Below, piece after piece: positions 49,736 to 60,622 of a stretch of DNA of 64,000 bases. The first letter of the stretch is position 1; every line of letters starts with the position of its first letter. The DNA is from an uncultured Verrucomicrobiae bacterium (GTDB taxonomy: Bacteria; Verrucomicrobiota; Verrucomicrobiia; Limisphaerales; Palsa-1400). The stretch is from positions 64,001-128,000 of the forward strand of contig CAVPOM010000007.1 of the NCBI GenBank assembly GCA_963707025.1, in the 5' to 3' direction. The notes beneath the pieces were generated by a model. The model was given only the letters and a program-made list of their open reading frames with translations, was not told where the DNA came from and searched no databases. Made by a program: the position numbers and the translations under genes.

Positions 49736-51186
49736 CACAGCCATCCCACAGGAAATTGGAAAAGAGTGTTGGCTTGACCATTTGAACCTGCCACAAGGCA
49801 GGCATGAAAAACAAAAAAATCAAACCAACACGGTCCCGGTTTAACGTTTTGCGCCAGATTTGCAATCTCATTCCTGCGCATGAAGTCTCCAAAATAGCGC
49901 GGGAGACCGGGGCTCTGGATAAGTCGCGCACCTTCAGTCCGTGGAGTCACACGGTCAGTTTGCTGGACGCGCAACTCACCCATTGCATCGGACTCAACGA
50001 TCTGTGCGACTCGCTGCAATTGCATTCCGGGCCGCTGTCCACTTTGCGCGGCGCCAGCGCCCCCAGCCGCAACGGCCTCTCCCACGCCAACCGGGAGCGT
50101 CCGGCCCAGATGGCCGAACAACTCTTCTGGCGGGTCCTGGAGCATTTGAAAGCACAGACGCCCGGCTTTGCCGCGGGCCAGCGCCGTGGCCCCGCCTTCC
50201 GTTTCAAGATGCCCATCCATGTGATTGATAGCACGACCATGGAACTGGTGGCCAACTGCCTGGACTGGGCCAAGCACCGCCGGCGCAAGGCCGCCGCCAA
50301 AACCCATATGCGGTTGAATCTGCAGAATCTTTTGCCCGGTTTTGTCATTGTGGACACTGCCGCCGAGCACGACAACCGACGGGCGCGGGAACTGTGCGCC
50401 GACTTGAAGAGCGGCGAAATCGCCTTGTTCGACAAGGGTTATGTGGACTTCGGCCACTTGCGGGATTTGGACGGGCGCGGGGTCTTTTGGGTGACGCGGG
50501 CCAAGGAGAACATGGGCTATGAGGTGGTGCGGAAAATGCCCGCCTCCAGAGACCCGAAGATTTTGCGCGACGAAGTGATCGTCCTGAGCAACGAGAACAA
50601 ACCCGCGCCGGAGTTGATGCGCCGGGTGGTGGCGCTGGTCGAGATTGATGGAGAGGAACGGGAAATGACCTTCCTGACCAACAACCTGGAGTGGAGTCCG
50701 CGCAGCGTGGCCGACCTTTACCGCTGCCGCTGGCAGATCGAAGTCTTCTTCAAACAAATCAAGCAGACCTTGCAGTTGGCGGATTTTCTGGGCCACAACG
50801 CCAACGCCGTGCGCTGGCAGGTGTGGACGGCGCTGTTGACCTACGTGCTGTTGCGCTACCTCAGTCACCTCTCCAACTGGGCGCACAGCTTCACCCGGCT
50901 GTTCACGATTTTGCGGGCGGCGCTCTGGGAGAAATATGATCTGCTCAATTTGCTGGCGTGCTATGGGACAGCAGGCGGCAGCTTTCGCCACTTGGCGCGG
51001 CCCGAGCAGGCGTATTTCCCCGGCTTCCAATAAAGCTATGGGACAGCACACGCGCCCAAACAGGCGCATACCAAACCCAAAAGCCAAACTCGGAAAAATC
51101 AAAATCTCATTTTACCCCGAAGACCAATTAAACCCTTGCAAATGAACAGGTCAGCACCAGACTTTTCCCCTTATGAGACGGGTGTG
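49736..51186 (+). mobile_element. IS4-family insertion sequence, copy 2 (no target duplication)
   Basis: Same ends, length and transposase as copy 1; flanks ATCGCATTT / AAATCGAAA differ. Confidence 0.93.
49804..51033 (+). CDS. IS4-family DDE transposase
   Basis: Identical protein to 47034-48263. Confidence 0.95.
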   Translation: MKNKKIKPTRSRFNVLRQICNLIPAHEVSKIARETGALDKSRTFSPWSHTVSLLDAQLTHCIGLNDLCDSLQLHSGPLSTLRGASAPSRNGLSHANRERPAQMAEQLFWRVLEHLKAQTPGFAAGQRRGPAFRFKMPIHVIDSTTMELVANCLDWAKHRRRKAAAKTHMRLNLQNLLPGFVIVDTAAEHDNRRARELCADLKSGEIALFDKGYVDFGHLRDLDGRGVFWVTRAKENMGYEVVRKMPASRDPKILRDEVIVLSNENKPAPELMRRVVALVEIDGEEREMTFLTNNLEWSPRSVADLYRCRWQIEVFFKQIKQTLQLADFLGHNANAVRWQVWTALLTYVLLRYLSHLSNWAHSFTRLFTILRAALWEKYDLLNLLACYGTAGGSFRHLARPEQAYFPGFQ

Positions 51187-51443
51187 AAATCGAAAAACGA
51201 ATTCCGCGAAGGGCCGGTGACATATAACCCGTCCATGACGGGATAAAGGCGCACCGGGTCCTGTCGGCAGCGTAGCGCAACGAGATAGATCTTCGCGAAG
51301 AAATTGGCCGCTCGCCTGTGTGACTGCGTCAGATGCGATTGCGTGCCGACGACATCGAACCACCCGACGTACTCTGACACGGTGTTGGGAAGCGCCTCCG
51401 CGTTGAAGAATGGACGCTCTCTCAGTTGATCTGTTGTTGGCAT
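51187..51443 (-). pseudogene. Class III nucleotide-cyclase-like protein, 3'-truncated by IS
   Basis: YVGWFDVVGT and YPVMDGLYV resemble the two metal-binding Asp motifs. Confidence 0.5.
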
Positions 51444-51938
51444 AAGGACGCTATTTCGGCGTGCAATTATAATACCGACAGTGGTTCATATATTGCAATG
51501 GGCGAATGCACTGCTGCTTCTGAATCCAGAGCAGCCTTAAAATGGTCCTCCCGGGGTAAACGCCGCAATAACTTCGTCGAATTCAGGATGCGCAGGGTCC
51601 CGCACGGCTGGCCGAGCCTGTGTCCAGGCTGCATGGCCCTTTGATAAGACGTAAATCATTGCAAATCAAGGTCGTAGGGGTCAAATCAAGTATTCTCCAC
51701 TTTCTTAGATTTGCCATTGATGTGAGCGAAATAAACCGGTCCCTTATCATGGCATTTTTGTGGTGATGGGCCGGTGCCGAGTGGAGCCGGCGGCAATGGG
51801 GGCAGAGGAGGAATTGTGATTTTTGAATAGTTCCTCCGTCGCTCCGCCTGGCGGAGCTATGGAGGACAGAGATTGGTGAATCCCTCCCCATCATTTGCCA
51901 TCCAGGCAAATCCTGGGTTTCCGTTCCATGAACCCTCA

Positions 51939-51998
51939 CCTCACCCTAACCCTCTCCCCTCCCATCGGATGGGAGCGGAGAGGGAACAGGAGGCGGAC
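51939..51998. repeat. CCTCACCC..CCTCTCCC REP-like element (inverted copy at 60513-60574)
   Basis: About 60 bp near-identical copies with inner palindrome CCCATCGGATGGG. Confidence 0.85.
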
Positions 51999-52250
51999 AC
52001 GACGAGCGCGGCAGAAATAGCCGGGGCAGGAATATAATACGCCTTGCCCCCGCTCAGAGGGAAGCGGGCCAATTTCATTTTTCTGACCCCATCTTTCTGC
52101 CACCTTCCTTTTTTTTAATCCTGCCTCCCCCTTCTTCATTTTGCATTTTGCATTTTGCATTTCCTGTCCTCCGTAGGCCCAGCGGAGGAGGATGCATTTT
52201 GCATTTTGCCTTTCCCTTGTCCCCGCTCCCTTGGCACACTGCCCGGGCAC

Positions 52251-53435
52251 ATGACCGAAACCCTGCGCGCATGGCTGGACGCCCGGAAGGATGAGCTCTA
52301 CACGTTCGGCCTGGAAGTTATTTTTGAACAGCGCCCCGGCAAACGCGCGGCGATGCTCCGTTCCTTTCTCTACCTGCTCTCCAAACTCTGGCAGCTCGGC
52401 GTCACCGTCCGCCGCTTCCTCTACCAGGTCCGCATCCTGCGCGATTTCACCCTGGGCATTCAGGTCATTGCCATCGGCAATCTCACCGTCGGCGGCACCG
52501 GCAAGACCCCCGTGGTGGAAAAATTCGCGCGCGAACTGCAAAAACAGGGCCGCACCGTCGCCATCCTTTCCCGCGGCTACCGCTCCAAGCCCCAGCCGCT
52601 GGCCCAGTGGCTCCTCAACAAAATCCTCTTTCGCGCCGACAGCACCCCGCCGCGGGTCGTCTCCGACGGCCGATCGCTCCTGCTGGATTCGGACAGCGCC
52701 GGCGACGAACCTTACATGCTGGCCTCCAACCTCAAGGACGTCGTCGTGCTGGTGGACAAGGACCGGGTCAAAAGCGGGCGCTACGCCATCGAGAATTTCG
52801 GGTGCGACACCCTGTTGCTGGACGACGGATTCCAATACTGGAAGCTGGCCGGCCGCCGCCAGGACATTGTGCTGATTGATTGCCAGCAGCCTTTCGGCAA
52901 CGAAAAGATGCTGCCGCGCGGCACCTTGCGCGAGCCGCATTCCCATCTGGCCCGCGCCAGCACCATTTTTATCACCAAGAGCGACGGCCACACCGCCCAA
53001 CTGCGCCGGCGCATCGCCCAGTACAATCCCGCCGCCGGCATCATCGAATGCATTCATCACCCCCTTTACTTCGAGGACGTTTTCACCGGCGAACAAAAGG
53101 GCCTTGATTTCATGACCGGCAAACGGGTCGCCTCCCTCAGCGGCATCGCCCAGCCGGAAAGCTTTGAGCAAAGCCTGGTCAAACTGTGCGCCGAACTGGT
53201 CTATGCCAAGCGTTTCGCCGATCACCACCGTTTCACCCAGCAGGAAGTCCTCAACTTCATCAACCGCGGCAAAAAACGCCAGGCCCAAATGATCGTCACC
53301 ACCCAGAAAGACGCCGTGCGCTTCCCCAAAATTGACCGCCGCGACCTGCCGATCTATTTCATGCGCGTGGAAATCAAAATCCTCAGTGGCGCGCAGGACT
53401 TCGATGATTGCGTGCGCAAAATCTGCCTGCACTGA
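52251..53435 (+). CDS. lpxK: Tetraacyldisaccharide 4'-kinase
   Basis: [42 protein letters not shown]. Confidence 0.95.
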   Translation: MTETLRAWLDARKDELYTFGLEVIFEQRPGKRAAMLRSFLYLLSKLWQLGVTVRRFLYQVRILRDFTLGIQVIAIGNLTVGGTGKTPVVEKFARELQKQGRTVAILSRGYRSKPQPLAQWLLNKILFRADSTPPRVVSDGRSLLLDSDSAGDEPYMLASNLKDVVVLVDKDRVKSGRYAIENFGCDTLLLDDGFQYWKLAGRRQDIVLIDCQQPFGNEKMLPRGTLREPHSHLARASTIFITKSDGHTAQLRRRIAQYNPAAGIIECIHHPLYFEDVFTGEQKGLDFMTGKRVASLSGIAQPESFEQSLVKLCAELVYAKRFADHHRFTQQEVLNFINRGKKRQAQMIVTTQKDAVRFPKIDRRDLPIYFMRVEIKILSGAQDFDDCVRKICLH

Positions 53436-53455
53436 CGGCCCGCCCCCTTCCGGCC

Positions 53456-54607
53456 ATGACCCCTTCGGCTCCCAACCCTCCCCGCGCCCCGGCAGACGAA
53501 AAAATCCTCGTGCGCGGCGTCAACTGGCTGGGCGACGCCGTCCTGAGCGCCCCGGCCCTGCAACGCCTGCGCGAAGCCAAACCCCGCGCCCGCATCACCC
53601 TGCTCGCCCCCGAAAAACTGGCCGGCCTCTGGCAGGGACAATCCTTCCTGGACGATCTGCTCCTTTTTTCTCCCGGCGACAACCTCTGGCAAACCGCCCG
53701 CCGTCTGCGCGCCCGGCAATTCTCTGCCGCCGTGGCCTTTCCCAATTCCCTCCGCGCCGCCCTGGAGCTGTGGCTGGCGGGCATCCCGCAGCGGGCCGGA
53801 TACGCCCGGCCCGGCCGAACATTATTCTTGACAAACCCCCTCCCGCCGCGGCCCGGCGCCACGCCCATGCGCCGGCGCTCCTCCGGGGAAATCCGGCGAT
53901 TGGCCGCCGGCGGGCAAACTCCGCCCCCGCTGCCGCCCTCCGCCCATCACCTCTACGATTACCTGCGGCTGGTGGCCGCCTTGGGCGCCTCCGCCGAACC
54001 TTTGCCGCCGCGCATCACCATCAGCCAGGAAGAAGCGGAAAAAACCGCCGCCCGTCTTGGTCTTCCCGCGGCGCGCCCGGACCGTCCCTTCCTGGGATTA
54101 AATCCCGGCGCCGCCTACGGCCCGGCCAAACGCTGGCCCGTGGAATCTTTCATCGCCGCCGGCATCGCCATCCACCGGGCCACGGAATGCCGCTGGATTA
54201 TTTTTGGCGGGCCGTCCGATCGGGAAATCGCCCACTTCATCTCCACCGGCCTGGGCCAGCATCTCCCCAGCCAACCCGTCATCAACCTGGCCGGCCAGAC
54301 GACCTTGCGCGAACTGGCCGCCGCGCTCAAGTCCTGCCGGCTGCTCCTGACCAACGACAGCGGCCCGATGCACCTGGCCGCCTCGCTGGGCACGCCGGTC
54401 GTCGTTCCCTTCGGCAGCACCTCGCCCGAAATGACCGGGCCGGTCTGGTCCGCCGGCGCGCAAATTCTGCGCGCGCCCGGCATTGCCTGCTCCCCCTGTT
54501 TCCGGCGCGAATGCCCGATAGATTTCCGTTGCATGAAGGGCATCGCTCCCGAAGCGGTTGTCGCCGCCGCCTTGCGCGCGCTCTCACTCAATACAGACTC
54601 ACGTTAG
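53456..54607 (+). CDS. waaF: LPS heptosyltransferase II
   Basis: NWLGDAV, PGAAYGPAKRWP, TNDSGPMHLA. Confidence 0.9.
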   Translation: MTPSAPNPPRAPADEKILVRGVNWLGDAVLSAPALQRLREAKPRARITLLAPEKLAGLWQGQSFLDDLLLFSPGDNLWQTARRLRARQFSAAVAFPNSLRAALELWLAGIPQRAGYARPGRTLFLTNPLPPRPGATPMRRRSSGEIRRLAAGGQTPPPLPPSAHHLYDYLRLVAALGASAEPLPPRITISQEEAEKTAARLGLPAARPDRPFLGLNPGAAYGPAKRWPVESFIAAGIAIHRATECRWIIFGGPSDREIAHFISTGLGQHLPSQPVINLAGQTTLRELAAALKSCRLLLTNDSGPMHLAASLGTPVVVPFGSTSPEMTGPVWSAGAQILRAPGIACSPCFRRECPIDFRCMKGIAPEAVVAAALRALSLNTDSR

Positions 54608-54645
54608 AAGTTGAAACCAAATCCAAAACATCGTATGTTGCCTCC

Positions 54646-54876
54646 GTGCCGATAACAGTGGATCAAATCATTGAAGAAGCCCGCCATTGGCCGCCGGAAA
54701 AGGTCGGGGAACTGGTGGGCCGCCTGACCGAAGACCTGCACGTCGGCGACCCGGAAACCGAAGCTGCCTGGAAGACCGAGATTTCGCGGCGCATTGAAGA
54801 AATTCAAACGGGCAAGGTGCAAGGCATCCCCCCGGAAGAAGTCTCTGCCCGCATTCGAAAAATCGTCGGTCGGTGA
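54646..54876 (+). CDS. Addiction-module antitoxin component
   Basis: EAAWKTEISRRIEEIQTGKVQGIP. Confidence 0.85.
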   Translation: MPITVDQIIEEARHWPPEKVGELVGRLTEDLHVGDPETEAAWKTEISRRIEEIQTGKVQGIPPEEVSARIRKIVGR

Positions 54877-55171
54877 AGCCTCACACCTTCCATCCTGAGG
54901 CCTCTGAGGAATACACTCAAGCGGTCGTGTACTACGCCGCCACTTCGCCCAATCTCGCGGGCCGATTCAGCGACGAGATCGAACGGCTCATTCGTGAGGT
55001 TCGCCGCCAGCCGGAGCGTTTTTTTCGCTTCAGCCCCCCGGCCCGGCGCGCTCTGGCTCGCAAGTTTCCTTACTCAGTGGTTTATCTCGACCAACCGGAT
55101 CGCATCTGGATCGTAGCGATTATGCATGCCAAACGGCGACCTGGTATTGCTGGCGCGAACGACTGGCCTAA
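54873..55171 (+). CDS. RelE/ParE family toxin (apparent frameshift near 55144)
   Basis: FHPEA..KFPYSVVY..IVAIMHAKRRPG, continuing as YCWRERLA* in the shifted frame. Confidence 0.85.
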
Positions 55172-55210
55172 TTCGGTTCAACTGAAACTCAGCGGGATTG
55201 GGCCGCATCG

Positions 55211-56092
55211 TCATTTCAACCCAGCCTTGCCTGCGGATTTAGGATCAATCTCCTTCAGAGCTCTTTCGGCTGATTCGCGCACATCAGGATCCACATCTGT
55301 GCGCGCCTTGAGCAACAGCGGAACCGCCGCCTTGGCCTCGGCGCCAAAACCGCCCAGAAGACTCGCCCCAAAACCTCGCATTCCGGCATCCGGGTTGGTG
55401 AGGAATTCTGAAAACACTGGGACGACCAGTTCCGGCTCCTTATGAAGTTGCACCAATGCGTACCCAGCCGCTCCACGTAAAAGAGAAGCTTGTTTCGTGG
55501 TACCTCCGATTTTCACCATTTCGATAAGAGCGGGAACCACCTTGTCAAAGTCGCTGCCCGCCTCCCCCAATGCGGTGGCTGCCGAATGACGAAGTATCCA
55601 ATCCTGATTGGTCAATGCCTGCAGCAAGACAGCAATCCCCTCGTGGCCCATTCCCGCCAGGCCAATGGCGGCAGTCAAGCGATGGGGCCTGCTCGACAAA
55701 AGGTTGGTCAGCGTTGGAAAGGCCGATTTTGCTTCAACCCCCAAAAGATTGATCGCCTCAGCCGCCGTCACGGCGCGTGTTATGTCCCGATCTAGTGGAT
55801 TCAACTCATCGGGAACGACCCTTCCTGCGAATCGCCAAAACTTGAGTTGGTCGGGGGATTCGTCCTTCGCCAAACGGGCCAGCAAGATCGGAACACCGTT
55901 GCGGCCAATCGCCCGAATCGCGATGGTCGCCGGATTGGTTCGGTCATTGGATGCATTGCGCCACTCGTCGAGCCAGGAGCTTAAACTTCGCCCTTCATAG
56001 CTCGGCTCCTTCTGCCCGGCAGAGCGGACCATCAGCACGGCAATGACAATTCCAAGCAACCCCGCTACGATGACCAACTGCCTTCGTTTCAT
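55211..56092 (-). CDS. HEAT-repeat protein with N-terminal membrane anchor
   Basis: EPSYEGRSLSSWL; repeated AVPxL..D.D..VR..A..AL. Confidence 0.85.
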   Translation of the reverse strand: MKRRQLVIVAGLLGIVIAVLMVRSAGQKEPSYEGRSLSSWLDEWRNASNDRTNPATIAIRAIGRNGVPILLARLAKDESPDQLKFWRFAGRVVPDELNPLDRDITRAVTAAEAINLLGVEAKSAFPTLTNLLSSRPHRLTAAIGLAGMGHEGIAVLLQALTNQDWILRHSAATALGEAGSDFDKVVPALIEMVKIGGTTKQASLLRGAAGYALVQLHKEPELVVPVFSEFLTNPDAGMRGFGASLLGGFGAEAKAAVPLLLKARTDVDPDVRESAERALKEIDPKSAGKAGLK

Positions 56093-56195
56093 CTCCTGGC
56101 ACATTCGATCAACCATTGCTCGTTGGCAAAGAGATTCGCCAACCCGGTTATGTTTTGCGTGGTGCTTTCCGCCTGATTCATCTAAAACAAACCCC

Positions 56196-57110
56196 ATGAG
56201 AATCGGTGTCTTGTCCCGCGGATTGGAAGACTTGGATTGGATGCAGCGGCTCGGTTTCCGTTCCACCCAGTGGATGCGCTTTGCGGAAAGTCCCGCCGCG
56301 CCGCCCCACGCCGATTGGAAATCCTTTGCCGCACAATTCGCCGCCCAAGCCGGCGCCCGCGGCATCCGCATTTCCGCCATCGGCGCCCTTTACCAGAACC
56401 CGCTCGATCCGCGCCAAACGGATTGGGCGCGCGCCGTTTTTCAACGCGCCATTGAAGTCGCCGCGCAGATCGGCGTCAAAACCGTTTCGGGGTTTGCCGG
56501 CGCCGTGGTGGAAGTGGAAACCAACCCGCGCGGGGGCAACCCGGTCTATAAACCGTTCGAGAATTATCTGCCCCAATTGCTCGCTTTTTGGGAGCCGCTG
56601 GCCCGGTTGGCCGCTGGGCTTGGCGTGCGCCTGGCCTTTGAGAATTGCCCGCAAGGGCCCTGGCATCAGCCCATCATGCACTACAACATGATGAGCCAGC
56701 CCGCCTTCTGGGAACGCCTTTTCAACCAGAGCAAATGCGAAAACATCGGACTGGAGTGGGATCCCAGCCACTTGCTCTGCCAGTTCATTGATCCGGTGGC
56801 CAACCTGCGCAAATTCGGCCCGCGCGTTTTTCACGTCCACGCCAAGGACGCTTTCATCAACCGGCCCTTGCTGGAGGCTTATGGGCTCTGCCATCCCGGC
56901 GTGGCCGAGCATCGCTTTCCCGGCCTGGGCCAGGCTGACTGGGCGCAAATCGTCCACGAACTCCTGCGCGCCCGTTACGATTCGGACCTCAACATCGAAG
57001 GCTGGCACGACCCGGTTTATCGCAATCACCCCGGCGGGCCGCAGTGGGAGGACGCCGGCTTGTTGCTCGCAAAAAAGACCCTCGAACCGTTCGCGGCGGG
57101 AACCGAGTGA
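56196..57110 (+). CDS. Sugar phosphate isomerase/epimerase (xylose-isomerase-like TIM barrel)
   Basis: FENCP, EWDPSH, HVHAKD, NIE. Confidence 0.88.
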   Translation: MRIGVLSRGLEDLDWMQRLGFRSTQWMRFAESPAAPPHADWKSFAAQFAAQAGARGIRISAIGALYQNPLDPRQTDWARAVFQRAIEVAAQIGVKTVSGFAGAVVEVETNPRGGNPVYKPFENYLPQLLAFWEPLARLAAGLGVRLAFENCPQGPWHQPIMHYNMMSQPAFWERLFNQSKCENIGLEWDPSHLLCQFIDPVANLRKFGPRVFHVHAKDAFINRPLLEAYGLCHPGVAEHRFPGLGQADWAQIVHELLRARYDSDLNIEGWHDPVYRNHPGGPQWEDAGLLLAKKTLEPFAAGTE

Positions 57111-57324
57111 CGCCAGGCGCCCCTCGTAATTCCTGTATTGGTTGAGTGACGAGGACAAAACACGCGGAGTGGAGGAGCCGGCGTCCACCGGTTTCAGAGC
57201 GCGTCCGTGCCATTCCACCACTCCACCACTCCATCCCTCCACCACTCCACCACTCCCTTCTCCCGCGTTCGCCTTTTGCATTTCCTTAACTCCCGGCTCC
57301 CTTTAATCTGCGCCAGAAAAATTT

Positions 57325-58188
57325 ATGGAAGAATATCGCGTTGGCATTATTGGCGGGAGCGGCCTTTATCACATCGAAGGGTTTACCCGGCAAAAATGGG
57401 TGAAGGTAAAAACGCCCTACGGCGCGCCCTCGGATGATCTGCTCACCGGCCGGCTGGCGGGACGGGAGGTGGTGTTTCTGCCGCGGCACGGGCGGGGGCA
57501 TCGCCTCATGCCCTCCGAGTTGAATCATCGCGCCAACATCTGCGCCATGAAAAAGCTGGGCGCGGCCTGGATCATCAGTGTCAGCGCGGTGGGCGCTTTG
57601 CAGGCGCGGCATCGTCCGTGCGATATTGTTTTGCCGGACCAATTTGTGGACCGGACCAAGCGCTCCTTCGAGCACACCTTTTTCGGGCGCGGCATCGTCG
57701 CGCATATCGCCTTTGCCGAGCCGGTTTGCGCGGAGTTGCGCGCGGTGCTTTGCCAAAGCGGCCGCGCCGAAGGGGCGCGCGTCCACAACGGCGGCACTTA
57801 CGTCAACATGGAGGGGCCGGCTTTCAGCACCCGCGCCGAATCGCTGGCCAACCACCGCCAGGGCTGGGATGTCATCGGCATGACCAATTTGGGCGAAGCC
57901 AAATGCGCGCGCGAAGCCCAAATCGCCTACGCCACCCTGGCCATGGTCACCGATTACGATTGCTGGAAGGCGGACGAAGCCCACGTCACGGTGGAAATGA
58001 TCGTGGCCAATTTGCAGAAGAATGCCGCAACGGCCAAGGCCATCGTCGCCCGCGCCCTGCCGCAAATTCCCGCCCGGCCGGGCTGCTCCTGCCATCGCGC
58101 CCTGGGCCACGCCATCATGACCGATAAAAAACTCTGGCCCGCCAAAACCAGGGCCGATTTGAAATGGCTGCTCGGCAATTCGCTGTAG
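57325..58188 (+). CDS. mtnP: S-methyl-5'-thioadenosine phosphorylase
   Basis: GIIGGSG, RHG, MEGPAFSTRAES, GMT, TDYDCW. Confidence 0.95.
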   Translation: MEEYRVGIIGGSGLYHIEGFTRQKWVKVKTPYGAPSDDLLTGRLAGREVVFLPRHGRGHRLMPSELNHRANICAMKKLGAAWIISVSAVGALQARHRPCDIVLPDQFVDRTKRSFEHTFFGRGIVAHIAFAEPVCAELRAVLCQSGRAEGARVHNGGTYVNMEGPAFSTRAESLANHRQGWDVIGMTNLGEAKCAREAQIAYATLAMVTDYDCWKADEAHVTVEMIVANLQKNAATAKAIVARALPQIPARPGCSCHRALGHAIMTDKKLWPAKTRADLKWLLGNSL

Positions 58189-58269
58189 CGGCGGTCTGTG
58201 ACCGCCGCAAGTGTCACCGGTTTTTCCGCGCCTGTCAAAGGCCGCCGCCCGCCGCCCAGGGTGAATTGC

Positions 58270-59236
58270 TCACCGCGCCGGCTGCGGGGGGCCGTTGGTC
58301 AGGGCGTGCTGCATGGTCTCGGCCAGGTTGCGCGCCAGCTTGTCCTTCAGGACGGAATACATTTTATTGGTGACAGCATCGAGGGCGCGGCGCGACTCGT
58401 CGAATTGGTTGAGGGCCAGTTCAATGCGGGCCAGATGGATGTAGACCCCCTGCCGTTCCACCTCGTCATGCGCGATTTTCAAACACTGCTTCCAGGCCGC
58501 CAGGCCCTCTTGCAGGCGCGGCGGACGGATGCCGTAAAAACATTCCGCGTAATCGGTCGCCAGGATGAAATTGTCCGGATCCAGCCGCAGGGCCTTCTGG
58601 TAGAGCGCCAGGGCTTTGTCAAAAACCGCCTGCTCGGAAATCTTCCAGTACTCCGCCGCGTCGTCGCGGAACAAGTAAACTCCGGCCGCCAAATTCCAAT
58701 AATAAACCGACTGAGCGGGGTCCAATTCGATGGCTTTGGAAAAATACTCAAACGCCTTCTTGATGTTGCCGTCCTCGGTACAATTTACCCAGGTTGTTCC
58801 AGGCGGCGGCATTGTTCGGGGCCAGTTGGCGCGCTTTTTCCCACTGCGCTTCGGCGCCTTCGGCGTCGCCGGTTTGATTGAGGAAACTGCCGTAGGCCAG
58901 CCGCCCCCGCACGTAATCGGGATGCTGCCGGACAAAATCCTCGTAGTCTTTTTTCACGGCCGCCAGCCGTTCCTTGACGCGCGCCGGCAGGGTGATTTGC
59001 GCCTCGCTGTTTCCCGCCAGGCTGGCCGCGCCCGCCGCATCCGACCATTTTTCGATTTCCTCCACCGCGGCGTCGTCTTCCGCCTCCAATTTGCGAAATT
59101 CCTTTTCGACGGGATCGTTCGGGTCGGGAATCTGGACGGAAATGCCGGTTTTCTCCTGCACCAGGTTGCTGACCGCGGCCGGCGTATTGGTGGAAACCAG
59201 GGCGGCCAATAATCCGGCTAATAAATCACTCACCAC
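58270..59236 (-). CDS. Tetratricopeptide repeat protein (apparent frameshift near 58785)
   Basis: AAAWNNLG continues into KAFEYFSKAIELDP. Confidence 0.8.
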
Positions 59237-59489
59237 CCCGCCAGTTTAAACGTCCCGGCAAAAAGCGCAAGAGGCAAAGGCGGGGCCGGGTCAGACGGGT
59301 GCGCATCTCCCTTTGTCCAGAGGGCGCCGCAATTACCAATGACCAATTTTCAATTCTGCAAACCCACCAGGTCGTACTCCCGGCTGGAAATCGAGAATTT
59401 TCCATGGACCATTTGATATTGGTAATTCCTATTGCTCCAAGGCCCCGTTGAGCTGGAAGGAAGGCTCGACAAACCTGGGATGCGCCCGG

Positions 59490-60335
59490 TCAAACCTCCT
59501 TGACCACTCCCCAATGCACATCCAGGCGGCGGGTCAGGTAGAGGCGGACGCCTTTGAGCAGCGTGGCGGCCTCCAGCTTTTGGCCCAGGGCCACGATGTC
59601 CTTCAGGCTGCTGTGCGAGCGGATGGGCGCGCTGGCTTGCGCGATGATCGGCCCTTCATCCAGGTGCATGCTGACAAAATGCGCCGTCACCCCGATGATT
59701 TTCACCCCGTGCTCGTAAGCCTGGCGATAGGCTTGCGGCCCCGGAAAACTGGGCAGCAGCGACGGGTGAATGTTGATGATTTTATTCTTGTAACGCCAGA
59801 CCACATTGGGCGAGAGAATCTTCATAAACCGCGCCAGCGCCACGAAATCCACCTCCCATTCGTCCAGCAGGCGCAGCAGGCGCCGTTCCGCCGCCGCGCG
59901 GTCGTGCCAGGGCACGTAAAAAAAGGGAAGCTGGAACCGGCGGGCCAGCGGCGCCAGGTCGCGCCGGTTGGAAATCATGGCGGCGGGCAGGGCCTTGAGG
60001 CCTCCGCCGCGCCAGTCCTCCAGCAGCGCCTCCGCGCAATGCGCTTCGCGCGTCACCATCAGGGCCATGCGCTGCCGGCGGTTGGGCTCCGTCCAGCGCA
60101 CCCTGATTTCCATGCCCAGTTCCCTGGCCAGGCGGGCCAGTCCGGCCGACACCGGGCCTCGGTCCGCGACCTTCCCCGGCCAGGAGGCCTGGAGGGTCAT
60201 GCTGAACTGGCCGCGGGTGACCTGTTCTTCCAGCGCCTCGATATTGGCCCGCTGCTCAAACAGGAAATTGGTGATGGCCGCCACCACCCCGGTTTTGTCC
60301 CGGCCAATGACGGTCAAAGTGGCAAATTGTTTCAT
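59490..60335 (-). CDS. purU: Formyltetrahydrofolate deformylase
   Basis: ACT domain DKTGVVA; LARFMKILS, INIHPS.LP.F.G, LDEGPII. Confidence 0.92.
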   Translation of the reverse strand: MKQFATLTVIGRDKTGVVAAITNFLFEQRANIEALEEQVTRGQFSMTLQASWPGKVADRGPVSAGLARLARELGMEIRVRWTEPNRRQRMALMVTREAHCAEALLEDWRGGGLKALPAAMISNRRDLAPLARRFQLPFFYVPWHDRAAAERRLLRLLDEWEVDFVALARFMKILSPNVVWRYKNKIINIHPSLLPSFPGPQAYRQAYEHGVKIIGVTAHFVSMHLDEGPIIAQASAPIRSHSSLKDIVALGQKLEAATLLKGVRLYLTRRLDVHWGVVKEV

Positions 60336-60622
60336 TCAGGTTTTTATCCAAATCTTAATCCTAATCCTAATCTTAATCTTAATCCCAATCCTAATCCAAA
60401 CCTGCCTATCCCCGGCTGCGCGAAGGAGATTAAGATTAGCCTTCTTTCGCCTTCAAGCATGCATCGGGACGATGAACCTGCCGCCGCTCGACACACCTCC
60501 GTAGAACAATTCGTCTCCGCCTCCGCTTCCCTCTCCGCTCCCATCCGATGGGAGGGGAGAGGGTTAGGGTGAGGGGAGGGTTCCTGGAAAGGGCTAAGAT
60601 GACGAACCAGCAACCGCTGCGC

